Shown piece after piece: positions 35,099 through 43,060 of a DNA stretch of 43,060 nt. The translations under genes and the position numbers were made by a program. Below the pieces are notes generated by a model. It worked only from the letters and a program-made list of their open reading frames with translations. It had not been told where the DNA came from and searched no databases. The number at the start of each line of letters is the position of its first letter. Position 1 is the stretch's first letter. Origin of the DNA: a virus (lineage: Duplodnaviria > Caudoviricetes); IMG/VR virus record IMGVR_UViG_3300027863_000007, positions 1-43,060 of that record; one strand, given 5' to 3'.

Positions 35099-35971
35099 TC
35101 AGACTAAGCGGGGCGCCCGGGCGCGCGGCCGCAGAATCGCCGCCGCGCGGGCCCGGGCCGCCGCCGCGGCCTGCGCCCGCGCCGCCGCCGCCTGGCGCCG
35201 CGCCTGGAGCGCGGCCTGTTCCTGCAGGTACGCCGCCGCCCCCGTCGTCGGCCGCGGGTAGGGCCGCACGACCACGGGGCGCGCGCCGCCGATCCCGCCG
35301 ACAATCGGCCGTTGGACGATCACCGCCGGCGTACCCGCCGGCGGGGGAACGAGACTGGAGACGAGGTGCCCCTGGGCGTTGCGGTAGATCAAATAGCTCG
35401 GCGCCGTGGCGATGGGCGTCGTCCCGGGCGCCGCCGCGAACAGGGGCTGACTGCCCGGCGGACCCTGGTAGGTGGGGCCACTGACCGTCAGCCCGCCTTG
35501 GGAAAAGGTATAGGTCGGGCTCGACGCCGGGGGCGGCGGGGGCGGGCTCCCCCCGCCGCTCCCGCCGCTCGTCCCGCCGCTGGTGGGGGAGCTGCTGGTG
35601 GTGGTGGTCGTCGTGCCCGTCACGGTCGGCCCGGCCTGGGTGACGACCGACTGCCCGCCGTAGCCGATGTAGAGGCACGTCCAGCCGTAGCCCTGGATGT
35701 ACTGCGGGACATACCCCGGGGCGCACGCCGGCGGATTGCTCGGGTTGCTCCCCAAGGACGATTGACTGCCCGCCGTGGGCGTGCCGCCGCTTTCCAACGC
35801 CAGCAGGGCCGCGCTCGTCCCGCCGCTCGGCGTCCCGCCCGCCGGGGGGGCGCACCCGGGCGGGGGCGGCAACTGGACCACGTTGCTGAGAAAGCCCTTG
35901 CACCCGTTCGCGTACCAGAACCCGCCCGCCGCCGCCGCGAGGCCCGCCAGGATCCACCCCGGCTTCGTCAT
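35099..35971 (-). CDS. N-terminally anchored Pro/Gly/Thr-rich protein with basic C-terminus
   Basis: GGAGGAGG RBS; MTKPGWILAGLAAAAGGFWY. Confidence 0.75.
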   Translation of the reverse strand: MTKPGWILAGLAAAAGGFWYANGCKGFLSNVVQLPPPPGCAPPAGGTPSGGTSAALLALESGGTPTAGSQSSLGSNPSNPPACAPGYVPQYIQGYGWTCLYIGYGGQSVVTQAGPTVTGTTTTTTSSSPTSGGTSGGSGGGSPPPPPPASSPTYTFSQGGLTVSGPTYQGPPGSQPLFAAAPGTTPIATAPSYLIYRNAQGHLVSSLVPPPAGTPAVIVQRPIVGGIGGARPVVVRPYPRPTTGAAAYLQEQAALQARRQAAAARAQAAAAARARAAAILRPRARAPRLV

Positions 35972-35972
35972 G

Positions 35973-36326
35973 TCAGGCGCCTCCTCCGCAGATGGCCGTC
36001 TGGATCCGCTCCATCTCCCGCCGGAACCAGGCGTCGTTGCAGAGGAGGATAGCCCCATGCTCCGGCAAGGAATCGGCGATGGCGTCCAGGAGGGCCGTCC
36101 AGGTGCCCGCCGTGGCCGCCCGGGCGGCCGCCACCGCGCCCGGCCCCAGCAAGACCGGCAACAGCGTCCGGGCTACCGCCGGGCCGCCGGGCACTTGCCG
36201 TCCGAGCAGGGCGACCATGTCCGCGTCGGCGTCCGCCCAGGCCGCGAGGGTCGCCGGGGGCACCGTGCGGAGCCACTGGATGAGCGCGGCGGCAAACGGC
36301 GGCGCCGGCCACGGGCGCGCCGCCAT
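35973..36326 (-). CDS. Hypothetical protein
   Basis: Tightly packed in operon; normal codon bias. Confidence 0.65.
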   Translation of the reverse strand: MAARPWPAPPFAAALIQWLRTVPPATLAAWADADADMVALLGRQVPGGPAVARTLLPVLLGPGAVAAARAATAGTWTALLDAIADSLPEHGAILLCNDAWFRREMERIQTAICGGGA

Positions 36327-36329
36327 CGC

Positions 36330-37406
36330 CTAGCTGCCCTGCCCCGCGGCCGGGGGCGTGAGCGTCAACAGCGTGCCGCAGTCGGGATTCGGGCACCGGT
36401 AGGCGGTGCGGCCCGTCGTCGCCGCGAACCGCTCCTGGCACTGCGGGCACACGATGAGCTGCGTCTGCCGCCGGGGGCGGTCCGGGGCGTCCGCCGGCGG
36501 CGCGGCCGCCGCGTCCGCCGACGGCCCCCCCCCCGGCCGCAGGAGCCCTTGGGCCGCCTGCTGGCCGGCGTCCTCCCCGGCGAACCGGGACAGCATCGCG
36601 GCCCCCAGCACGCCGGCCACCGGGCCGAGCGCCTTCGCCCGTTCGGTCGCCGCCTCCTCTTTCTTCAGGCTCACATCCTTCTCCGCCGCGACCCGGCCCA
36701 GGTCGGCTTGATACTGGAGCCAATGGCCGAACATGGTCGGGTCGCGGAGCCACGGCGGCACCGCGCCCTGCGCGTCGTGGATCAGCCCCGCCTCCTTGAG
36801 CGCCTTCAGGGTCTCGGTGGTCGTCTCCACGGGCGACCGGGGCGGGCTCGTCATCATTTGGACGGCCGTCTTGGCCAGAAAGTCCTTGACATCGTCGTCC
36901 GGGGGTTTCCGGGCGTCCTTGAGTAGTTCGACCAGCACCTGCGTCTGCTGGGCCATGAACTGGCCGAGGCCGAGCATGTCCTGCCGTTCCTCGACGCGCC
37001 GGTCGGTCCGCAGCTTCCAGACCTCCTCCCGCAGGTCCCGGAGCGCGTCCTCCACCTCCTGCCGGCGCCGCCGCTCCGCTTCCGCCTCCTCCCGCAGCAT
37101 CTTCTCGCGCTCGGTCGGCGTGCCCACCAGGCTCGTGCCGATGCTCACGATCTTCTCGATGGAATCCACGGCCGGCTTGGCCGGGGGATCCTCCTCCCCG
37201 GCCTGGGTGAGCCCGGCCAGGAGTTGCCGCAGCGCGGCCGCGTCCGTCACCCGCTGCACGCCGTCCCGGACGGTCGCGAGGGTCGCCCGGAGGTCATACG
37301 TGCTGCCGGGGTCGCCGCCCCGCCGCGCAAAGAGCGCGTCCGCCAGGGCCACCCGCGGGGTCGTCGGCGCCACGGGAGCCGGGGTGGGCGGTGTCGTGTC
37401 CGTCAT
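36330..37406 (-). CDS. Coiled-coil protein with C-terminal zinc ribbon
   Basis: EREKMLREEAEAERRRRQEVE coiled coil; CPQC...CPNPDCG. Confidence 0.8.
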   Translation of the reverse strand: MTDTTPPTPAPVAPTTPRVALADALFARRGGDPGSTYDLRATLATVRDGVQRVTDAAALRQLLAGLTQAGEEDPPAKPAVDSIEKIVSIGTSLVGTPTEREKMLREEAEAERRRRQEVEDALRDLREEVWKLRTDRRVEERQDMLGLGQFMAQQTQVLVELLKDARKPPDDDVKDFLAKTAVQMMTSPPRSPVETTTETLKALKEAGLIHDAQGAVPPWLRDPTMFGHWLQYQADLGRVAAEKDVSLKKEEAATERAKALGPVAGVLGAAMLSRFAGEDAGQQAAQGLLRPGGGPSADAAAAPPADAPDRPRRQTQLIVCPQCQERFAATTGRTAYRCPNPDCGTLLTLTPPAAGQGS

Positions 37407-37407
37407 G

Positions 37408-38223
37408 TTAGATCGCCTCCAACTGGGTGATCCGGTCCGCCGCCGCCTGGGCCAGGAGCGCGAGGTTCAGGTCCGCCGGCGTGAAGCGGTCGGGCCAGGT
37501 CTGCGTGAGCTGATCGAGCAGCACCACGACGGCGTCCTCGAGGAAGCGGCCGAGCGCTTGGGCGTACCCGGCCTCGGTGGCGAGGAGCGCCGGGGGCAGC
37601 AGCTCCGGGAGCCGCCGGGACACCAGGTGAAAGGCCACGGTGACGAGGTCCGAGATGTCCACGTCCTGGGCCAGCACCCGCAGTTTGCGGCCGGGCAGGC
37701 CCCCGCCGGCACTGCCGCCCCCCCGGCCGGTCTTGCCGCCCCGCCCGCCGCCTTTGGCGGGCGCCGCCCCGGGGGGGCCCGGCGCGCCGTCCGGCGCCGC
37801 GGGGACCGGGGGATCCACCCGGCCCGGCTCGCCGTCCGCCGCGCGGCCAAGGCCGAAAAACCGGTCGTATTGGCTGGATGAGAACGGCACCACCAGTTCG
37901 CCGGTGGCGCGGTCATACAGCCCCCGGATGGTGTGCTTGCCGTCAGCGCGTTTCTGCTTCCCGTCCTTGTAGGCGTGATGCAGGGCGCGGCCGAACTCGC
38001 CTTTGGTGCGGCCGTAAATCCCCGTGGTCCAGCCGCAGGTCTCGCAGACCCACTGATAGGGCGGGTCGGGGGATTCGGCGGGCGCCACCCCCGGCGCCGC
38101 CCCCGGCGCCGCCGCGCCGCCGGCGGGATCGCCGGGATCCGCGAACGCGTCGGGGTCCCAGGGCCACGCCGCGTCGGCGTCTGCGGGATCCGGGGGATCA
38201 GGAGGCACGGGACGACGCGGCAT
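37408..38223 (-). CDS. Protein with CxxC/His zinc-finger-like motif
   Basis: AGGAGG plus ATG 38223; WVCETCGW...HH. Confidence 0.7.
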   Translation of the reverse strand: MPRRPVPPDPPDPADADAAWPWDPDAFADPGDPAGGAAAPGAAPGVAPAESPDPPYQWVCETCGWTTGIYGRTKGEFGRALHHAYKDGKQKRADGKHTIRGLYDRATGELVVPFSSSQYDRFFGLGRAADGEPGRVDPPVPAAPDGAPGPPGAAPAKGGGRGGKTGRGGGSAGGGLPGRKLRVLAQDVDISDLVTVAFHLVSRRLPELLPPALLATEAGYAQALGRFLEDAVVVLLDQLTQTWPDRFTPADLNLALLAQAAADRITQLEAI

Positions 38224-38311
38224 CGGGCATCCCTCCTGCACAGGCTGTGCGCAGGATACGCCCCCGCCGCGGCAACCAAATGCCCCCCGCCCAGGGGACG
38301 GGGGGCGGCGG

Positions 38312-39412
38312 TTACAAGCTCGTGGGCGCGGGGGGCGGGGGCCCCGTCGGGGCCCCGCCGGGCGCCGTCGGATCCTCGGGGGGCCCCGAGTCCGGAGCGG
38401 TCGGCCACAGTTGGTCCCCCCACCCCGACGGCGGGGCGGCGGCCGCGGACCCGGGCGCCGGCCCGGGGTCCTCGGGCCCCGCGGCGGCCCCGGCCGCGGG
38501 GGGGTCCGGCAGCGTCCACTGATACGGCGGGACCGTGCCGAGCCGGACCGCGCGCCCGCTCTCCAGGAGGCGGCGGAGCGCGTCGCGCACCGTCCGCCGG
38601 GGCAGGCCCGTCCGCCGGGTCAGGGTGTTCGCCGGCACCGGCAGGGCGTGCTGGCGGCCGAGGTCTTCCAGGGCGTGGAGGACCCGGGTCGCCGACGGCG
38701 GCGCGGCCGACGGCGCGCCAGGCCCGCCGGGCGCGGCCGGCTGCGCGGCGGGCTCCTCCGCCTGCAGCACCCGCTCGATGAGCGCGAGCTTCGCGAGGCG
38801 TTGTTCGATCGTGGGCCACGCCGCAGCCTGCTGGAGCACCGGCGTCAGGGCCTGGCGGAGGTCGGCCAAGCTGGCCGCCACGCCCGCGGTGTACTCCTGG
38901 TGCAAGCGTTGGAGGCGGTCGAGGGCGGCGACCGCCGGGGGCGGTAACTGACTCATGGGCATTCCTCCCACCAACCGGCGTGCATCGGGGACGCACGCCG
39001 CGCATAGGGCGTGCAACTGGGTCTGGAACCAGCCGGTCTGCCCGCCGCCATGCCACCGCCAGTGGCGTTGCGGCGCCACCGTGGGGACCCCGTCCTGGAC
39101 CGTCACGACGAACGTGCCGGTCCCGGTGCGCCGCAGGCGGTGGACGAGCGCCTGTTCGTCCTGGGACAGGCTGCCGAGATCGGGCGGGTCGGTCAGGGCG
39201 CCGGCGACATCGGCGGCCAACCGGGGGTGATCGGGCCGCAAGGCGAGCGCGAGGGCCGCGAGGGTCGCGCGGGGCGCCTCCCAGCGCCACAGCCCGTCGC
39301 GAATGGCGCCCTGCCAGGCGGGGTGCGCCGCTGCCCACCCCGTCAGGATCCGCAGTTCCGGATACGTGAGCGGGACCCCGAGAATCGGGCCCGCGGTGGA
39401 CCGTGTGTCCAT
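38312..39412 (-). CDS. Regulator-like protein: DUF2292-like segment plus coiled coil and winged HTH (internal start at 38956)
   Basis: GGAGG plus ATG at both 39412 and 38956; LSQDEQALVHRLR...VTVQDGVP; TLTRRTGLPRRTVRDALRRLLESG. Confidence 0.65.
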   Translation of the reverse strand: MDTRSTAGPILGVPLTYPELRILTGWAAAHPAWQGAIRDGLWRWEAPRATLAALALALRPDHPRLAADVAGALTDPPDLGSLSQDEQALVHRLRRTGTGTFVVTVQDGVPTVAPQRHWRWHGGGQTGWFQTQLHALCAACVPDARRLVGGMPMSQLPPPAVAALDRLQRLHQEYTAGVAASLADLRQALTPVLQQAAAWPTIEQRLAKLALIERVLQAEEPAAQPAAPGGPGAPSAAPPSATRVLHALEDLGRQHALPVPANTLTRRTGLPRRTVRDALRRLLESGRAVRLGTVPPYQWTLPDPPAAGAAAGPEDPGPAPGSAAAAPPSGWGDQLWPTAPDSGPPEDPTAPGGAPTGPPPPAPTSL

Positions 39413-39541
39413 GCGTGCCTCCGGGTCAGCTAGCTGTAGCATGCGCGGGCCGGGCGCCGCCTGTCCAGCGACCGCCAGCGGGCCAGCCCCCACCGCCACC
39501 AGGCGGGCCCGCGGACGCCCCGGCCCAGCCAGGCCCGGCCC

Positions 39542-40246
39542 TCACGCCAGGCCTTCCACGGCCCGCTGGAACGCCTGGAGCCCCGCCACGAGCTGCGCCC
39601 GCGTCACGACGCCCGGGCCCGGGGCCGCGGGCGGCGCCTGCGGCGCCAGGACCGGGACCGGCCGCCGCACCACGGACAGGTCCCCCGTGGCGCCGGCCAG
39701 GTCCTGGTTCCAGGCGGTCTGCGCCCAACTCAGGAACGGCACCGGGGCCGCGGGGCTCCCGCGCCACCACAGGCAGATCCCGGTCGCATGCGGGGCCAGC
39801 GTGCCGGCGCTGACGCCCGCGGGCAGCGGGAGGCCGAGATACCCCCCCGGCAGATAGCCCGCCGCCGCCACCAGGTCCGCCCAGGCCCCCATCCACGCCG
39901 CGACCGCCGCCGGGGCGGCCGTCGCCGGCCAATCCTCCACGTCCAGCCACAGCACCGCCCCCGACGGGTACTGGGCCGCCTGGGCCGCCGCGACGGCTTG
40001 CCGGGCCCGGGCTTGGGCTTCGGGGGCCCCCCCGGCCCACGCGGCCGGCCAGTACCCCTGGAACAGCGCGACCGCCAGCCCCGCTTGCCGGGCGGCGGTC
40101 ACGTCGGGCGCCACCGGCCCGGTCGCCACATCCAGGACGATGCCCGCGTGTCCGGCCTGCCGCACCGCCGTGTACCAACTAGGCGACGCGCCGAGGCGCC
40201 GGGTGTCCACCCAGGACTGCCCCGGCACCGCCCACGTGAGGTCCAT
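39542..40246 (-). CDS. Endolysin candidate, GH25-like/DUF1906 glycoside hydrolase
   Basis: VD...AGL.V..F...A...A.A...PSGAVLWLDVE...W...V.AAGY.PG.Y...W.Q. Confidence 0.75.
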   Translation of the reverse strand: MDLTWAVPGQSWVDTRRLGASPSWYTAVRQAGHAGIVLDVATGPVAPDVTAARQAGLAVALFQGYWPAAWAGGAPEAQARARQAVAAAQAAQYPSGAVLWLDVEDWPATAAPAAVAAWMGAWADLVAAAGYLPGGYLGLPLPAGVSAGTLAPHATGICLWWRGSPAAPVPFLSWAQTAWNQDLAGATGDLSVVRRPVPVLAPQAPPAAPGPGVVTRAQLVAGLQAFQRAVEGLA

Positions 40247-40376
40247 GGCCTCCCTCCTCTCGTCCTGCCCCTAGTGTAGGCCCCCGGCGGCGGCGGCGCG
40301 GGCGGCACACCCCGCCCCCGCCGGCGCACGCCGCCGCGAGGTCCCACATCCATGGCGCCCCCGCGCGGGCCTGGCC

Positions 40377-41276
40377 CTACGCCCCCGCCGGCGGCAGCAC
40401 CGTCAAGGTCGCCGCCGCCGGGTCCAGCAGCAACCGCAGCTTGTTGTCAATCCACCACCGGAGGCCGAAGAGATTCGTGCTGAACGTGGGGTCCACGACG
40501 CACGCCACGCCCGACCACGCATGCCCGTTGAGCGCGAGGTCCACGGTGCTGTGGTACGCCTGCACGCTGCCGCCGACCCCGCTCAGGTCCACGGTGCCGA
40601 GGTTGGGCAACTGCAGGGCGCTCGCCATCTCCTGCGTGAGGAGCAGTTCAAACGCGCCGGTGTCGAGCACGAACGGCACCGGCACGGTGCCGCCCGGGCC
40701 CGTGCAACGGGCCTCGAACAGGAAGGCGTCGTTCACGATTTGGCCCGTGATGACCGCCAACGGCGTGCCGCGCGCCGGCGGGTCGCCGGCGGAGGGGCTG
40801 CCCGACCCCGACGGGGGCGGCGTCCCGCCGGAGGCCGGCGGCGTCCCGCCCCCACTCTCCTGCACGGTCCACGTCACCGTGGCATCCGCATGGTGCAGGC
40901 CATCCGGCGCCCGCCACGTCGCATGAATGCGCAGGGTCATTGGCACCGCGGGCGGCGCCACCGTCCAGGTTTCGCTGCCCGTCGCCAGGTTCATCACCCA
41001 CGTCTCCGTGCCGGCCGTTCCGGCAATGCCGGGGCCGGACAGGGTCACCTCGCACGTCGTGTTCGGCACCGGGGTCGTGCCCCGGAGCGTGCTTATGGTA
41101 TAGCGGGCCGCGTAGGGGCTCGTGTCGCTCGTGCCGGCCGGCACGGCAATGGTGCTGGCCGCGACCGTCAGCCGCAGTTGGTACGCACTGGACGTCGTGC
41201 AGCCCACCAAATACCGCGTGCCTTCGAGAATCCCCTGGTCGTCCAGGGTGGTCGGAATCGTCAACAGCCGTTCCAT
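40377..41276 (-). CDS. Ig-like domain plus retropepsin-like aspartic protease
   Basis: FVLDTGA catalytic motif, GVGG flap, NLFG; Pro/Gly/Ser linker. Confidence 0.82.
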   Translation of the reverse strand: MERLLTIPTTLDDQGILEGTRYLVGCTTSSAYQLRLTVAASTIAVPAGTSDTSPYAARYTISTLRGTTPVPNTTCEVTLSGPGIAGTAGTETWVMNLATGSETWTVAPPAVPMTLRIHATWRAPDGLHHADATVTWTVQESGGGTPPASGGTPPPSGSGSPSAGDPPARGTPLAVITGQIVNDAFLFEARCTGPGGTVPVPFVLDTGAFELLLTQEMASALQLPNLGTVDLSGVGGSVQAYHSTVDLALNGHAWSGVACVVDPTFSTNLFGLRWWIDNKLRLLLDPAAATLTVLPPAGA

Positions 41277-41432
41277 CGGGCGTCCTCCTCTGCTCCCCGC
41301 GTGGCGGGGTCTCTCGGCCGCATGCTCCGCCTCAGGCGGGGCCGGCGGCGGCGGCCCGTCGTGCCGTCCGGTCCCATCGGGGATCCACTGAGGCGTTCCC
41401 GGATCCACTGGCTCCAGGCGGTCCACCGCCGG

Positions 41433-41876
41433 TCACCGTCCGGTGCCATCCCGGTGCCCCTCTCCCGCGCGGGCCTCGATCACCACTTCGGTCCACGGCG
41501 GCCGCGCCGGCGGGCCCGCCTCCACCCCCAGCGCGATGTGCCGGAAGCTGTCATCGACCAAGACGCCGGCCCGCACGAACTGGTCGAGGAACAGCTTCCC
41601 GGCCGCCGTGTAGTTGTCGGGGTCGCGGCGGCGGCGGTCTGGGAAATGGTACCGGATCCGGACGACCGCCGGATCGAACACCGCCCCGTCCCACGCGCCC
41701 GTCGTCCGGGCCTCGTGGATCGCCGCCCAGGCGATCTGCTCCCACCGCCGCTTCCAGCTCGCGGCTTGGCGCCACCCGGCCGGGCCCACCCGCATGAGGC
41801 GGTTCTGCCCGGGCGGGATGCCCGGCAGGCGGAACACGGCGACGCGGGCCACTGGGCGTCGCCCGAGGCTAGCCAT
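41433..41876 (-). CDS. rusA: RusA-like Holliday junction resolvase
   Basis: PP.QN...RRRDPDNY...K..LD....G.LVDDS. Confidence 0.85.
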   Translation of the reverse strand: MASLGRRPVARVAVFRLPGIPPGQNRLMRVGPAGWRQAASWKRRWEQIAWAAIHEARTTGAWDGAVFDPAVVRIRYHFPDRRRRDPDNYTAAGKLFLDQFVRAGVLVDDSFRHIALGVEAGPPARPPWTEVVIEARAGEGHRDGTGR

Positions 41877-41970
41877 CCCGGTCCTCCGCCGGCACCACGA
41901 CCCAGCGCCGTGGGCGGCGCGGCCGCACCCGCCCTCCACACATCGCGCACACGGATCGTCCCTCCTCCCG

Positions 41971-42249
41971 CTAGTCGTCCGGAGGCAGCGCCCCGGCCGC
42001 GTCCCCCGCGACCGGCTCGCCGCGCAACGCCGCCGTGGCCAGATACCACGCCGCGCTGGCCTGGATGGCCGGCTCGTGGCCATCGTCCGTCGCCTCGGCA
42101 ATCAGGCTCAGAAACGCCTCGAGCCGCTCGTTGTCCGCCAACAGGGCCGTGACGGCGCGGCAGGCGTCACACTGGCTCAGGTGGGTCGCCTCATCGGCCC
42201 AGCGCGGGATCAGCCGGGCGCGCAGCGCCGCCCGCGCCGCCGCCGTCAT
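41971..42249 (-). CDS. Hypothetical protein (92 aa)
   Basis: ATGA coupling; HLSQCDAC motif. Confidence 0.6.
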   Translation of the reverse strand: MTAAARAALRARLIPRWADEATHLSQCDACRAVTALLADNERLEAFLSLIAEATDDGHEPAIQASAAWYLATAALRGEPVAGDAAGALPPDD

Positions 42250-43060
42250 TGCTCCACCGCCGGCGCGTAGGTGTCGCCCGCGCGCCCAAACGTCCACGCT
42301 ACCGCCTCCCGCGCCGTCCGCACCGTGGGCGGGACGCACAGGTGGTACACGCGGCCGGTCGAGGGGCAGGTCACGCGGACAAACTGCAGATGGTCGCGCG
42401 CGACCGCGTCCGGCTCCCGCGTGCGGAGGAGGGTATAGGTCTGGCCGCCCCAACGGGCCTCGTGGACCGGCACCAGATCCAGCAATGCCGCGAAGCGGTC
42501 GTGCCCCAGCCGCTCCATCAGGGCCCGGCGCACCTCCGCGTTCGGCTCGGCCAGCAGGTCCGCGCGGGTGATCTGGCTCGGGGTTTCGATGAGCGCCGCC
42601 GGCACGCGCACCCCGTGCCACGCATACAGCGTCCAGCCGTCGCGCCAGCGGACGGCCGGCCCATCGGTCGCGTGGAGGCGATAGGTGCCCGGCCGCGCGG
42701 GGTGTTCCTCCATCTGAATCACCGCCGGCCGGTCGCACGCGATCACCAGCCCCTCGCGCGGGTACCACCAGCTGCAGGCGTGGCCGATCTCCTCCAGCAG
42801 ATCCAGCCCCGCCTGTGCCTCCGCCGCATAGCGGACGCCGAGCACCTCCTGCGCGTAGCGGTAATACGCGATCCAGTACAGATCCATCTGGCCCCACCAC
42901 CGGGTGTAGGCCGGCGGGACGGCGGCGCGGCCGTCCGTCGCCGGCAGCGAGCGGCCCTCTCGGCTGGCCCCCAAACTGTCCGTCAGGCTGCCCCGCAGGC
43001 TAGCCGCCACGGCGGCCGCCAGGCCGGGCTCTAGGGTGGCCCGCAGGCTGGCCCCCAAAC
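42246..43060 (-). CDS. DUF6745-like protein, C-terminal part
   Basis: WWYP......C.RP......LH..DGPAV.W.DGW.LYAWHGV.VP...E.NAEVRR...ER.G...V.CPSTGR.Y.L.VPP....A.EAVAWTFG. Confidence 0.85.
   Translation of the reverse strand, partial: LGASLRATLEPGLAAAVAASLRGSLTDSLGASREGRSLPATDGRAAVPPAYTRWWGQMDLYWIAYYRYAQEVLGVRYAAEAQAGLDLLEEIGHACSWWYPREGLVIACDRPAVIQMEEHPARPGTYRLHATDGPAVRWRDGWTLYAWHGVRVPAALIETPSQITRADLLAEPNAEVRRALMERLGHDRFAALLDLVPVHEARWGGQTYTLLRTREPDAVARDHLQFVRVTCPSTGRVYHLCVPPTVRTAREAVAWTFGRAGDTYAPAVEQ
43010..43060 (+). repeat. Terminal direct repeat, right copy
   Basis: Identical to 1-51. Confidence 0.95.

Larger units (their letters stand above)
1..43060. mobile_element. Complete circular temperate virus genome (excised/attP form), probably tailless
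   Basis: 51-nt identical ends, ORF continuous across the join, intact attP next to integrase, phage-type modular gene order, no host housekeeping genes. Confidence 0.9.

Noticed and set aside
37729-37752. GGGRGGKT as the Walker A motif of a packaging ATPase
   Set aside because: Lies in a Gly/Pro low-complexity linker with no preceding hydrophobic strand and no Walker B
43010-43060. Biological terminal repeats of a linear genome
   Set aside because: The overlap falls mid-gene within a coding tandem repeat; best explained as assembler circularisation

Overview
The window looks like the complete circular genome (about 43,009 bp; bases 1-51 repeat at 43010-43060 and one ORF runs in frame across the join) of a very GC-rich temperate virus. 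Strong GGAGG ribosome-binding sites and G39P-, YqaJ/RecT- and YaaL-like genes suggest a high-GC Bacillota host (inference). The left arm is a lambdoid-style control and replication module: CI/Cro-like switch, Xis, YqaJ-RecT, DUF1376/YdaU-like initiator with internal 11-bp iterons, G39P-like protein, and a tyrosine integrase beside an attP formed by the 3' half of a tRNA-Val(CAC). It also carries three intact tRNAs, a second Xer-like recombinase with a lower-GC cassette, and an RHH-regulated early operon. The right arm is a long minus-strand morphogenesis and lysis operon in which I find no terminase, portal, HK97 capsid, tail or packaging ATPase. It instead has two internally duplicated beta-rich capsid candidates, many small membrane proteins, two beta-helix spikes and membrane-anchored cell-wall enzymes, suggesting a tailless membrane-containing virus. 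Top candidate system: a stand-alone Cas7/RAMP-like gene (4725-5450) followed, past an HNH-AP2 gene, by a roughly 510-bp non-coding array with 5-nt periodicity (3430-3944), with no CRISPR array or other cas genes. All family assignments come from motif recognition by eye, not database searches.
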